Assembly: GCA_014653605.1 (NCBI GenBank)
Contig: JACWEG010000003.1
Coordinates: 47,103-111,102, forward strand
DNA: 64,000 bases
DNA from: Pelagibacterales bacterium SAG-MED37
Lineage (GTDB): Bacteria > Pseudomonadota > Alphaproteobacteria > Pelagibacterales > Pelagibacteraceae
Reading direction: 5' to 3'
Below, piece after piece: positions 10,042 through 21,384 of this stretch; within the stretch, counting starts at the first letter, position 1, and every line of letters begins with the position of its first letter. The notes beneath the pieces are model-generated. The model was not told the DNA's origin and did no database searches. It worked only from the letters and a program-made list of their open reading frames with translations. A program made the position numbers and the translations under genes.

Positions 10042-11009
10042 GGAATTATTACAGCAGGTCCAGTCAATAATCTAGCCTCTAGATCTTTATGAGCTTGTGC
10101 AGCATCTTTAAGAGAGTATTTTTTTGAAATTTCAACAGTAAATTTTTTAGATAAAATAGCATCAAAAACTTTTTTTGCTGACTCGACAAGTTCTTCTCTT
10201 TCGACAGTGTAATGCGCAATAGACGGACGAGTAAAAAATAAACCTTTAGCATTAATGTCTTTTTTTATATCTAATGTATCTACATAACCTGAGGCATTTC
10301 CAAAAGCTACCATCATCCCTCGTATCTTTAATGTCTCGATCGAACCTTTGAATGTTTTAATACCAACACCATCATAAACAACATCAATACTATTTTTTCC
10401 AACTATTTTTTCTACTTCTTCAACAAAATCTTTTTCTGAATAATTAATAACGTGATGACAACCATTTTTTTTAGCGATTTCCTCTTTTGCTTTTGATCCA
10501 ACAGTTCCAATAACCTCAGCACCTAAAGCATTAGCCCATGGACATAAAATTTGACCTAAAGCACCCGCTGCAGCGTGATATAAAACTTTATCACCTTTTT
10601 TTAAAGGATAGGCCCTATGTAATAAATATTCTGCAGTAATTCCTTTTAAAGTAATGCATGATGCTACTTCATCTGAAATACCATCTGGAACTAAAACTAA
10701 TTTTTCCTCAGGCATAACTTGTTTTTCTGAGTAGGCACCAATAGGCATTGATGCATGTGTAACTCTATCACCCACTTTAAATAAACTTACTTCTGAACCA
10801 ACTTCTTCAATTTGTCCACAAGCCTCAAGCCCAATACCACTAGGAAGTGGAATAGGGTAAAGTCCAGTTCGATGATAGATATCAATAAAGTTTAATCCAA
10901 TAGAATTATTTTTTATTAAAACTTCTTTCGGACCAGGTTTTCCGACCTCTATTTCTTGTATTTTAAGAACTTCGGGTCCACCAAATTTTTCTATTTTTAT
11001 GGATTTCAT
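10038..11009 (-). CDS. qor: NADPH:quinone oxidoreductase (zeta-crystallin/MDR family)
   Basis: GGPEVL, GLNFID.YHRTGLY, HAAAGALG, FGNASG. Confidence 0.93.
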   Translation of the reverse strand: MKSIKIEKFGGPEVLKIQEIEVGKPGPKEVLIKNNSIGLNFIDIYHRTGLYPIPLPSGIGLEACGQIEEVGSEVSLFKVGDRVTHASMPIGAYSEKQVMPEEKLVLVPDGISDEVASCITLKGITAEYLLHRAYPLKKGDKVLYHAAAGALGQILCPWANALGAEVIGTVGSKAKEEIAKKNGCHHVINYSEKDFVEEVEKIVGKNSIDVVYDGVGIKTFKGSIETLKIRGMMVAFGNASGYVDTLDIKKDINAKGLFFTRPSIAHYTVEREELVESAKKVFDAILSKKFTVEISKKYSLKDAAQAHKDLEARLLTGPAVIIP

Positions 11010-11012
11010 TAT

Positions 11013-11846
11013 TTATTTTACAAAGGTACCATTATGATAGTCTTGAACAGCTTGCAAGATTTCTGCTTTGGTATTCATTACAAATGGGCCACCCCTAGCA
11101 ATTTCTTCATTAATAGGTTTTCCTGAAATAACTAAGAATTTTGCACTAGTTTGTGCTGTGACTTTTAAAACTTCACCTTTTAACAGTAAAATTAAAGTAC
11201 TATCTTTTACTTTATCATGTTTTTTTTCACCAATTTTTATTTCACCATTAATTAGGTAGATAAATGTATTGTGAGTAGAGGGTAGACTATAATTAAATTC
11301 TTTTTCTTTTTTAAGCTCAACATCAAAATAAGTAGGATCTACATTATGTTCTTTAACAGGACCTTCTGCTTTTTCAAATTTACCAGCGATAACCTTAACC
11401 TGTTTATCATCATCTTTGTGAATACTCATTTTATCTGCATCAATATAAATGTATTCTGGTTTACTCATTTTTAATTTAGCTGGCATATTTATCCATAATT
11501 GAAATCCGTGAAGTTTACCTTCTTTCATTGCAGGCATTTCAGAGTGAATTATTCCACTTCCAGTTTTCATCCACTGTACATCACCAGCAGTCATTCTTCC
11601 TTCGCCTCCAGTACTGTCTTTATGTTCAAAGTCACCAGCAAGCATATAAGTAACTGTTTCAATACCTCTATGTGGATGAGGGGGAAAGCCAGCAATATAA
11701 TCCTCACTATTTTCAGAACCAAATTCGTCTAACATTAAAAAAGGATCAAAATAATTAGGCTCAACACCAATACTTCTTTTTAACTTAACTCCTGCTCCAT
11801 CAGATGCTGGAATTGGGTCTATAATTTTATCTACTTCAATTGTCAT
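11013..11846 (-). CDS. Pirin family bicupin
   Basis: DPFLMLDEF, HPHRGIETVTY, GIIHSEMP, GPFVMN. Confidence 0.95.
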   Translation of the reverse strand: MTIEVDKIIDPIPASDGAGVKLKRSIGVEPNYFDPFLMLDEFGSENSEDYIAGFPPHPHRGIETVTYMLAGDFEHKDSTGGEGRMTAGDVQWMKTGSGIIHSEMPAMKEGKLHGFQLWINMPAKLKMSKPEYIYIDADKMSIHKDDDKQVKVIAGKFEKAEGPVKEHNVDPTYFDVELKKEKEFNYSLPSTHNTFIYLINGEIKIGEKKHDKVKDSTLILLLKGEVLKVTAQTSAKFLVISGKPINEEIARGGPFVMNTKAEILQAVQDYHNGTFVK

Positions 11847-11884
11847 TTTTTACCAGAGTAATTGTTAAATCTGAATTTTCAATG

Positions 11885-12124
11885 TTACTTTTTGTTATGT
11901 GAACCATCACAAAAGGGTTGATTGTTGGTCTGTTTACAAGCACAAAAAAACATTTTTTTGGATAATTCAGCTTTATATACCACAGGATTAAATTCACTTC
12001 CTTTGTGTGAGCCATCACAGAATGGTTGTTTAGAGCTCTTACCACAACTGCACCAATAATAAGACTTTCCTTGTTCAACGTTTATTGCAATTGCTCCTTC
12101 TCCCACTCTTTGTCCTTTAATCAT
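11885..12124 (-). CDS. Two-domain CDGSH [2Fe-2S] protein (CISD3/MiNT-like)
   Basis: CSCGKSSKQPFCDGSH and CACKQTNNQPFCDGSH; purine-rich SD-like AAGGGGG upstream. Confidence 0.95.
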   Translation of the reverse strand: MIKGQRVGEGAIAINVEQGKSYYWCSCGKSSKQPFCDGSHKGSEFNPVVYKAELSKKMFFCACKQTNNQPFCDGSHNKK

Positions 12125-12132
12125 GTTCCCCC

Positions 12133-12795
12133 TTAAATTAATTTTGTTAGTTGACTTAAATTCTTAATTTCATTTTGAGGCTTATAGTCCAAATTGTCAA
12201 AAATACTATTATTCCTATTTACCCAAATCGAGTTAAAGCCATAATTCCCCCCACCTGAAACATCCCATGTATTTGCACTCAAGAAAGCAACTTCATTTTT
12301 TTCAATTTTATATTTTTTAATAGGTAAGTCGTAGACTTTTGAGTCTGGCTTATAAATTCCTACTTCCTCTATAGAAAATAAATCATCAAATAAATCGTCT
12401 AAATCATTACTCTTAACCAACTCATTTAAGAGAGATAGAGTCCCGTTTGAAAGTATAGCTAATTTAAAATTTTTTTCTTTCAATATTTTTAGAGTTTCTG
12501 GAACTTCTTTAAAGGTAGAGAGAACTTTATATAAATTTAACAATTCATTTTTCATTGAAGTATCAATATTAAAAGCTTTCATTGATTTATCTAAACTGTC
12601 TTCTGTAATTTGCCAAAAGTCTTTGTGTCTTTTCATTAAGCTTCTTAACCAAGTATATTCTAATTGAGTAGTTCTCCAATAATTTGCAAAACCTTCCCAC
12701 TTATCTCCAATTTTATCCTTACATTTCTCAGCAGCTGAATTGACATCAAATAATGTCCCGTAGGCATCAAAAATTATTGCTTTAATATTTTTCAT
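12133..12795 (-). CDS. L-2-haloacid dehalogenase, type II (HAD superfamily)
   Basis: FDAYGTLFD, WRTTQLEYTW, SNG, YKP, SANTWD. Confidence 0.92.
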   Translation of the reverse strand: MKNIKAIIFDAYGTLFDVNSAAEKCKDKIGDKWEGFANYWRTTQLEYTWLRSLMKRHKDFWQITEDSLDKSMKAFNIDTSMKNELLNLYKVLSTFKEVPETLKILKEKNFKLAILSNGTLSLLNELVKSNDLDDLFDDLFSIEEVGIYKPDSKVYDLPIKKYKIEKNEVAFLSANTWDVSGGGNYGFNSIWVNRNNSIFDNLDYKPQNEIKNLSQLTKLI

Positions 12796-12812
12796 AAATT
12801 AACTTAACATAA

Positions 12813-13514
12813 ATGAGTATTATTAGATTATTTTTTTCAGCGACATTATCTGCTGATATGATTGACAAATTAGATAAGTCTCAATCTCATTATTTAACTA
12901 AAGTGATGAGAATAAAAGAAAATGAGGTTTTTTCTTTATTTAATAAAGATGGAGAATGGGAAGCAAAAGTTTTAGAAATATCAAAAAATATTGTTGAATT
13001 TAAAACAACCAAACAATTAAGACAAAAAGAAAATTTTAAAGAATTATGGTTAGCTTTTTCTCCTATTAAATCAAATTTTCAAAACTTTATGATTCAAAAA
13101 GCAACAGAGTTAGGTGTTACAAGATTTGTACCAATTATTTTTGACCGGACAGTGGTTAGAAAAATAAATAAAGAACGCTTAGAAAAAATTGTAATTGAAG
13201 CAAGTGAACAGTCAAACCGTATTAATGTACCCATAGTTGAGGAGTCTCAAAACTTAAATAATTTTTTAAAAACTGCCTCTATAGATTTAATTTTTACAGA
13301 CTTAAATTCCAGTAATAATAAAATTGATAAATCTAAGCTTACGAATAAACCAGTTTGTATTATTGTAGGTCCAGAGGGTGATTTTTCAGAAGCTGAAAGA
13401 GAGAAGATTCTTTCATTTAAAGGTGTTCAGCCAATAAAAATTAATGAAAATATTTTAAGGTCAGAAACAGCAGTCATATCTGCAATTTCGATCATAAATT
13501 ATGTGATTAATTGA
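12813..13514 (+). CDS. rsmE: 16S rRNA m3U1498 methyltransferase
   Basis: HYLTKVMR, KATELGV, EASEQS, GPEGDFS, ILRSETA. Confidence 0.96.
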   Translation: MSIIRLFFSATLSADMIDKLDKSQSHYLTKVMRIKENEVFSLFNKDGEWEAKVLEISKNIVEFKTTKQLRQKENFKELWLAFSPIKSNFQNFMIQKATELGVTRFVPIIFDRTVVRKINKERLEKIVIEASEQSNRINVPIVEESQNLNNFLKTASIDLIFTDLNSSNNKIDKSKLTNKPVCIIVGPEGDFSEAEREKILSFKGVQPIKINENILRSETAVISAISIINYVIN

Positions 13515-13573
13515 TAAATTGTCGCGAAAACTAAAGTGTAATTTTTATAAAAGAGCTTTATATAGCTAAGTAA

Positions 13574-16023
<2,450 letters not shown>

Positions 16024-16046
16024 TAGTAGTATAGCTAAGAAAATTA

Positions 16047-16958
16047 ATGAATAATTCAAAGGCAAAAAAAAGAAATTTAAGTCAGGAAGATTTATTTAAT
16101 CTTTCTGAATTATTTAAATTAATGAAGCCAAGAGTAATGTCATTGGTAATTTTTACTTGTGCTGTTGGCTTGTTAACATCACCAAATATTGTTTCAACTA
16201 AAGATGCAATAATTGGTATTTTATTAGTTTCCTTAGGCGCAGGAGCAGCTGGGGCATTGAACATGTGGTATGAGTCAGACCTAGATGCTTTAATGTCAAG
16301 AACTTGTTTAAGACCAATACCGACTGGTAAGGTTAATAGAAACCAAGCGCTTATTTTAGGTGTTACTTTATCTATAATTTCTGTTGTAGCCTTAGATTAT
16401 TTTACAAACAGAATCTCAGCGGCGATATTACTTTTAACAATTTTATTTTATGTTTTCGTTTATACAATTTGGTTAAAAAGAAGAACACCTCAAAATATTG
16501 TGATAGGTGGAGCAGCTGGAGCCTTCCCACCAGTCATTGGATGGACTATTGCAACAGGTTCTTTGTCAATTGAACCATTAACTTTTTTCTTGATAATCTT
16601 CTTTTGGACTCCATCTCATTTTTGGGCCTTAAGTTTGTATAAATCTGATGATTATAAAAAAGCCAATATACCGATGCTTCCATTGACAAATGGGGTTGAA
16701 AGTACAAAAATTAATATTTTTATTTATTCTTTATTAATGCTCCCAGTAATTATTTTCCCTTATTTCATAGACTTTGTAGGATTAGCGTTCTTAATACCCT
16801 CAATATTATTAACTCTTTATTATAATTTTTTGTGTTATGAACTTTATAATTTCAAGAAAAACAAATTTAATCCTAAAAAAGCAAAAGCAATATTTGGATA
16901 TTCTATTTTATATTTATTTTTGGTTTTTGTTCTTTTTCTGATAGATAAGATTATATGA
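16047..16958 (+). CDS. ctaB: Protoheme IX farnesyltransferase
   Basis: KPRV, D..MSRT.LRP, KRRTPQNIVIGGAAGA, WTPSHFWAL. Confidence 0.97.
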   Translation: MNNSKAKKRNLSQEDLFNLSELFKLMKPRVMSLVIFTCAVGLLTSPNIVSTKDAIIGILLVSLGAGAAGALNMWYESDLDALMSRTCLRPIPTGKVNRNQALILGVTLSIISVVALDYFTNRISAAILLLTILFYVFVYTIWLKRRTPQNIVIGGAAGAFPPVIGWTIATGSLSIEPLTFFLIIFFWTPSHFWALSLYKSDDYKKANIPMLPLTNGVESTKINIFIYSLLMLPVIIFPYFIDFVGLAFLIPSILLTLYYNFLCYELYNFKKNKFNPKKAKAIFGYSILYLFLVFVLFLIDKII

Positions 16959-17080
16959 TAACTCCAGATAAAAAAACTAAAAGAAAAAATATTTTAACAG
17001 CTTTAGGAATTATTGCTTTTATGATTTTTCTTTTCTTTTTTACATTATATAACACTGGAGTATTTGATAGAGCAATATGA
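16955..17080 (+). CDS. 41-aa single-TM protein (CoxF-like), not in the ORF track
   Basis: MITPDKKTKRKNILTALGIIAFMIFLFFFTLYNTGVFDRAI*; ATGA overlaps with both the ctaB stop and the ctaG start. Confidence 0.8.
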   Translation: MITPDKKTKRKNILTALGIIAFMIFLFFFTLYNTGVFDRAI

Positions 17081-17610
17081 TACAAAAAAAAAATATAACA
17101 CCTTTAATATTAGCAGGAATTTTTGTTTTAATGTTAGGATTGTCTTATGCGGCAGTACCGTTGTATGACTTGTTTTGTAGAGTAACAGGGTTTGGTGGAA
17201 CTACCCAAGTATCTAACAGTGCTCCTAAAATTGTATTAAATAAAATTGTAAGTGTCAGATTTGATACTAATGTTAATAATTTACCTTGGGATTTTAACGC
17301 TAAGTCCAATGTTATTGACGTGAAAGTTGGTCAGGTCAATAAAATAGAATTTGAAGTAGAAAATTATGGTAATGAGCCCACAGCAGGAGTAGCAACCTTT
17401 AATGTTTCACCTTCTAGTTTTGGAAAGTATTATAGTAAATTAGGCTGTTTTTGTTTTGAGAAACAAGAATTAAAAGCTGGAGAAAAAGCAACATACATAA
17501 TGACCTTTTATTTAGATCCAGAAATGGTAAATGATCCAACAACAAAAAATCTACAAGACGTAACTATGTCGTATACTTTTTTCTCGACAGATTACTATAA
17601 ACAATCATAA
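17077..17610 (+). CDS. ctaG: Cytochrome c oxidase Cu chaperone CtaG/Cox11
   Basis: VPLYDLFCRVTGFGGT, CFCF. Confidence 0.97.
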   Translation: MIQKKNITPLILAGIFVLMLGLSYAAVPLYDLFCRVTGFGGTTQVSNSAPKIVLNKIVSVRFDTNVNNLPWDFNAKSNVIDVKVGQVNKIEFEVENYGNEPTAGVATFNVSPSSFGKYYSKLGCFCFEKQELKAGEKATYIMTFYLDPEMVNDPTTKNLQDVTMSYTFFSTDYYKQS

Positions 17611-17619
17611 TTCAAAAAA

Positions 17620-18408
17620 ATGTCAGCTGAAAAAAAACATGATTATCACTTAGTAGACCCAAGTCCTTGGCCTATTTATGTTTCATTTTCGTGCTTAGTA
17701 TTGGCATTAGGATCTGTTTATTATCTTCATACAGATGTTTCGTGGGGAATGTATCTTGGTTTTGCTCTTTTAATTTATGGTGCCTACATGTGGTTTAGAG
17801 ATGTTGTTATTGAAGCTGAACACCAAGGTCATCATACACCTGTAGTTCAAATTCACCACAGATATGGAATGACATTGTTTATTGCATCTGAAGTAATGTT
17901 CTTTGTTGCATGGTTTTGGGCATATTTTGATGTAAGTTTATTTCCAAATGAATTTGTTGGAAATGTTTGGCCACCAAAGGATATTGAAACTTTTGATCCT
18001 TGGGACATTCCATTAATCAATACATTAATATTATTATTATCAGGTACGACAGTTACATGGTCTCACCATGCTCTTTTAGAAGATGATAGAAAAAGTTTTA
18101 TTCAAGGTTTGTGGTTAACTGTTATTTTAGGGTTTTGTTTTACTCTTTTACAAATATATGAGTACCAACATGCATCATTTTCTTTTTCAGATCATATTTA
18201 TGGATCAGTATTTTACATGGCAACAGGATTTCATGGTTTCCATGTGCTTGTTGGAACTATATTTTTAGCTGTATGCTTGTTTAGAGGTAAGAGAGGTCAT
18301 TTTAATAAAGATCACCATTTTGGATTTGAAGCTGCAGCTTGGTATTGGCATTTTGTTGACGTAGTGTGGTTATTTTTGTTCGCTGCAATCTATATTTGGG
18401 GAAGTTAA
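17620..18408 (+). CDS. coxC: Cytochrome c oxidase subunit III
   Basis: HLVDPSPWP, SEVMFF, TGFHGFHV, WYWHFVDVVW. Confidence 0.98.
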   Translation: MSAEKKHDYHLVDPSPWPIYVSFSCLVLALGSVYYLHTDVSWGMYLGFALLIYGAYMWFRDVVIEAEHQGHHTPVVQIHHRYGMTLFIASEVMFFVAWFWAYFDVSLFPNEFVGNVWPPKDIETFDPWDIPLINTLILLLSGTTVTWSHHALLEDDRKSFIQGLWLTVILGFCFTLLQIYEYQHASFSFSDHIYGSVFYMATGFHGFHVLVGTIFLAVCLFRGKRGHFNKDHHFGFEAAAWYWHFVDVVWLFLFAAIYIWGS

Positions 18409-18418
18409 TTTATATTCT

Positions 18419-19072
18419 TTGAAACATAAGTTTTTATTTTCAGTATTTACAATTTTTTTTATTTTAGTTTTTGTTGCCTTAGGTTCATGGCAAATTGTTC
18501 GTTTAAATTGGAAGAACAATTTAATATTAGAAATTGAAAATTCTTTAAGAAATCCACCTGTTGAATTAACAAACTCTAACTTAGAAAATTATCTTAAAAT
18601 AAAGACATCAGGGTCAATAGATTTAGAGAAACAAATTTATTTATACAATCTAAATGATACTGGAACACCAGGCTTTGAAGTTATAAATCCAATTTTAATT
18701 AATGATACTAATTATTTGATTAATAGAGGCTGGATACCTTTTGAAAAAAAAAACTCTCAAGAGATTAATGTATTTGATGAAAATGATATAATTGGAACTT
18801 TAAAATTACAAGGAAGAAAGAATATTTTTAAACCAGATAATGATTTAGAGGAAAATTATTGGTTTAGTTTAAAAAGAGAGGACATATTAGAATTTACAGG
18901 AAAAGAATTCTCGAAATATATAATTTATTTAAATGGAAATTATCAAGTTCCTAAACCAAAAAAAATTACTGCTAATATTTCTAATAATCATCAAAAATAT
19001 GCTCTTACTTGGTTTTCATTAGCGATTTCAATTCTTTTGTTATATTTATATTTTAGAAAAAAGAATTATTAA
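18419..19072 (+). CDS. surf1: SURF1/Shy1 oxidase assembly protein
   Basis: LGSWQ..RLNWK, INRGWIP, NNHQKYALTWF; TTG start. Confidence 0.94.
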   Translation: MKHKFLFSVFTIFFILVFVALGSWQIVRLNWKNNLILEIENSLRNPPVELTNSNLENYLKIKTSGSIDLEKQIYLYNLNDTGTPGFEVINPILINDTNYLINRGWIPFEKKNSQEINVFDENDIIGTLKLQGRKNIFKPDNDLEENYWFSLKREDILEFTGKEFSKYIIYLNGNYQVPKPKKITANISNNHQKYALTWFSLAISILLLYLYFRKKNY

Positions 19073-20446
19073 ATGAATTATATTAGTACAAGAAATAATC
19101 AGAAAAATTTTACTTTTAAAGATGTTTTCCTTAAAGGTTTGGCAGATGATGGAGGTCTTTTTGTTCCAAAATCAATTAAACAATTTAAAAAAGAGGAATT
19201 AAATAATCTAAAAAAGCTCAGTTATAATGATTTAGCTGCTGAAATAATTTATCCGTTTATAGGAGATTTTATGTCTAAAGATGACCTAATTTCGATGATT
19301 TCAAAATCGTACTCAAATTTTAGATCTAATGATGTTGTAAAAATCTGTGATCTAGGAGATCTAAAGGTTTTAGAACTATTTCACGGTCCAACACTTGCTT
19401 TTAAAGATATCGCTATGCAATTAATAGGTAACTTTTATCAATATCATTTAGGACGGGATCAAAAAAAAATTAATATAATAGTAGCAACTTCAGGTGACAC
19501 TGGAGCAGCTGCGATAGATGCTTTAAAAGGAAAAAGCAATTTAAATGTTTTTGTATTACACCCAAATAATAAAATTTCACCAGTACAAAGAAGACTAATG
19601 ACAATACATGAAGAGAGTAACGTATTTAATATTGCAGTTGAGGGTAATTTTGACGATTGTCAAAATTTAGTAAAAGCAATGTTCAACGACGAAAAATTTT
19701 CTAAAGCAATTAATATGTCGGGTGTAAATTCAATTAATTGGGCAAGAATTATTGCTCAATCAGTGTATTATTTTTATGCTTATTTTAAAGTTGGAAATGG
19801 TCAACCTTTATCTTTTTCTGTTCCAACAGGTAACTTTGGGGATATTTATGCCGGTTACTTAGCAAAAAAACTAGGTCTTCCAATTGATAAATTAATTGTG
19901 GCTACAAATAAAAATGACATACTTCACAGAGCAATATCGGGCGGTGACTATACTCAAAAAAAAGTCGAGGAAACAAATACTCCAAGTATGGATATACAAA
20001 TAGCAAGTAATTTCGAAAGGCTTCTATATGACATTAAAGATAGTAACTCCGAAGTTACAAAAGATGTAATGGCTGAAATAAGAAATAATACTTATAAAAT
20101 TGATAAAAGTGATTTAGATAAAATTAAAAAGAATTTTATATCTGAGATGCTTGATGAAAACGAGACTGTAGAAATGATAAAGACAATTAATGATGAGCAT
20201 CAGATGGTAGTTGATCCACATACTGCTGTGGGCATTGGTGCTGTGAGAAAATTAGGATTAGAAAAAAATTGTATTGTATTATCAACTGCGCACCCCTGCA
20301 AATTTCCAAAAGCAATAGAAGATGCAATTTCAAAAACTAAAAATTTACCAGATAGTCTTAAATATGTTAATGACAGAAAAGAAAAATTTGAACTTCTTTC
20401 AAATGATGTTGAAAAAGTTAAAAAATATGTAATGAATTCAATATGA
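19073..20446 (+). CDS. thrC: Threonine synthase
   Basis: YISTR, ELFHGPTLAFKD, ATSGDTG, NSINWAR, PTGNFG. Confidence 0.98.
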   Translation: MNYISTRNNQKNFTFKDVFLKGLADDGGLFVPKSIKQFKKEELNNLKKLSYNDLAAEIIYPFIGDFMSKDDLISMISKSYSNFRSNDVVKICDLGDLKVLELFHGPTLAFKDIAMQLIGNFYQYHLGRDQKKINIIVATSGDTGAAAIDALKGKSNLNVFVLHPNNKISPVQRRLMTIHEESNVFNIAVEGNFDDCQNLVKAMFNDEKFSKAINMSGVNSINWARIIAQSVYYFYAYFKVGNGQPLSFSVPTGNFGDIYAGYLAKKLGLPIDKLIVATNKNDILHRAISGGDYTQKKVEETNTPSMDIQIASNFERLLYDIKDSNSEVTKDVMAEIRNNTYKIDKSDLDKIKKNFISEMLDENETVEMIKTINDEHQMVVDPHTAVGIGAVRKLGLEKNCIVLSTAHPCKFPKAIEDAISKTKNLPDSLKYVNDRKEKFELLSNDVEKVKKYVMNSI

Positions 20447-20931
20447 AACTTAAAATAAAAGATAAAATACCAGATACAGATATTTTTCAACTTGTTGATG
20501 GAGAACCGCAAAAAAGTAAATTAAGAGATATAATAGGTGATGGAAAAAATGTTTTGTTTGGTTTACCCGGGGCATTTACATCAACTTGTTCAAAACTTCA
20601 CTTACCAGGTTTTGTTACAAATGCAGATAAAATTCAAGCCAAAGGAATAGAAAACATATTTTGTTTATCAGTAAATGACCCTTATGTAATGAATGGTTGG
20701 GGAGAGATTAATAATATCGGAAATAGTATAAAAATGTTATCCGATCCGTATTTGTTGTTCACGAAAGCAATTGGTGCAGAAGTTGATCGGAATGCAAAAG
20801 GAATGGGAATTAGATCAAATCGTTATTTAATGGTTATTGAAAACTTCACAGCTATTAATATTCATGTTGAAAAAGAAACTAAGGAATGTGGCTTAACCTC
20901 AGCAGAAAATTTATTAAATAATTTAATATAG
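20443..20931 (+). CDS. Peroxiredoxin (Prx5 type)
   Basis: PGAFTSTCS..HLPGF, SVNDPYVM, RSNRY. Confidence 0.94.
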   Translation: MKLKIKDKIPDTDIFQLVDGEPQKSKLRDIIGDGKNVLFGLPGAFTSTCSKLHLPGFVTNADKIQAKGIENIFCLSVNDPYVMNGWGEINNIGNSIKMLSDPYLLFTKAIGAEVDRNAKGMGIRSNRYLMVIENFTAINIHVEKETKECGLTSAENLLNNLI

Positions 20932-20932
20932 G

Positions 20933-20960
20933 TAGGGCAGTTCTGTTGCCAGGTGCCCCA
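20933..20960 (-). other. GC-rich hairpin with CCTGGCAACAGAAC loop between convergent prx and rnhA
   Basis: Minus strand TGGGGCA-CCTGGCAACAGAAC-TGCCCTA, a 7-bp stem including one G-U pair; no U-tract. Confidence 0.6.
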
Positions 20961-20961
20961 A

Positions 20962-21384
20962 TTATAAGTTTGCGGCATTTCTAGCAAGTAAATCTACTTC
21001 ATTATTTAATTTGTCAGTTGAATGTGCTTTTACCCAATTCCAACTTACTTCAAATTCATTATTAAGTAGATCTAATTCTAACCAAAGTTCTTTATTGCTT
21101 ACCTCTTTTTTGTTTGCAGTTTTCCATCCATTTTTTTTCCAATTATGTATCCATTCTGTTATTCCAGACTTTACATATTTAGAGTCTGTAAAAATTTTAA
21201 CTTTGCTGCCTTTTGGAATTTTTTTAAGAGCTTGTATAGGTGCTAATAATTCCATTTGATTATTTGTGGTATCTTTTTCACTTCCTTTTATTTCAGTTTT
21301 TTCTCCATCATTTAATATAATTGCTGCCCAACCACCTTTACCTGGATTTCCAATGCATGAACCGTCAGTGTATATCTTAATCAT
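20962..21384 (-). CDS. rnhA: Ribonuclease HI
   Basis: YTDGSC.GNPG.GG, TTNNQMEL, TDSKY, WVKAH, NEVD. Confidence 0.97.
   Translation of the reverse strand: MIKIYTDGSCIGNPGKGGWAAIILNDGEKTEIKGSEKDTTNNQMELLAPIQALKKIPKGSKVKIFTDSKYVKSGITEWIHNWKKNGWKTANKKEVSNKELWLELDLLNNEFEVSWNWVKAHSTDKLNNEVDLLARNAANL

Noticed and set aside
11836-12078. 80-aa alternative-frame ORF over the CDGSH gene
   Set aside because: Same-strand overlap with a clear CDGSH gene that has an SD; no motifs of its own
13505-13530. RegA/PrrA- or FNR-like site upstream of coxB (TTGATAAATTGTCGCG)
   Set aside because: Only one good half-site (TGTCGC); the dyad is too weak to call
20932-20961. Complete tmRNA, SRP RNA, SAM-V riboswitch or Rho-independent terminator
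   Set aside because: Only 30 nt available; no tRNA-like domain or tag frame, it lies downstream of both genes, and there is no U-tract. Kept only as a motif finding
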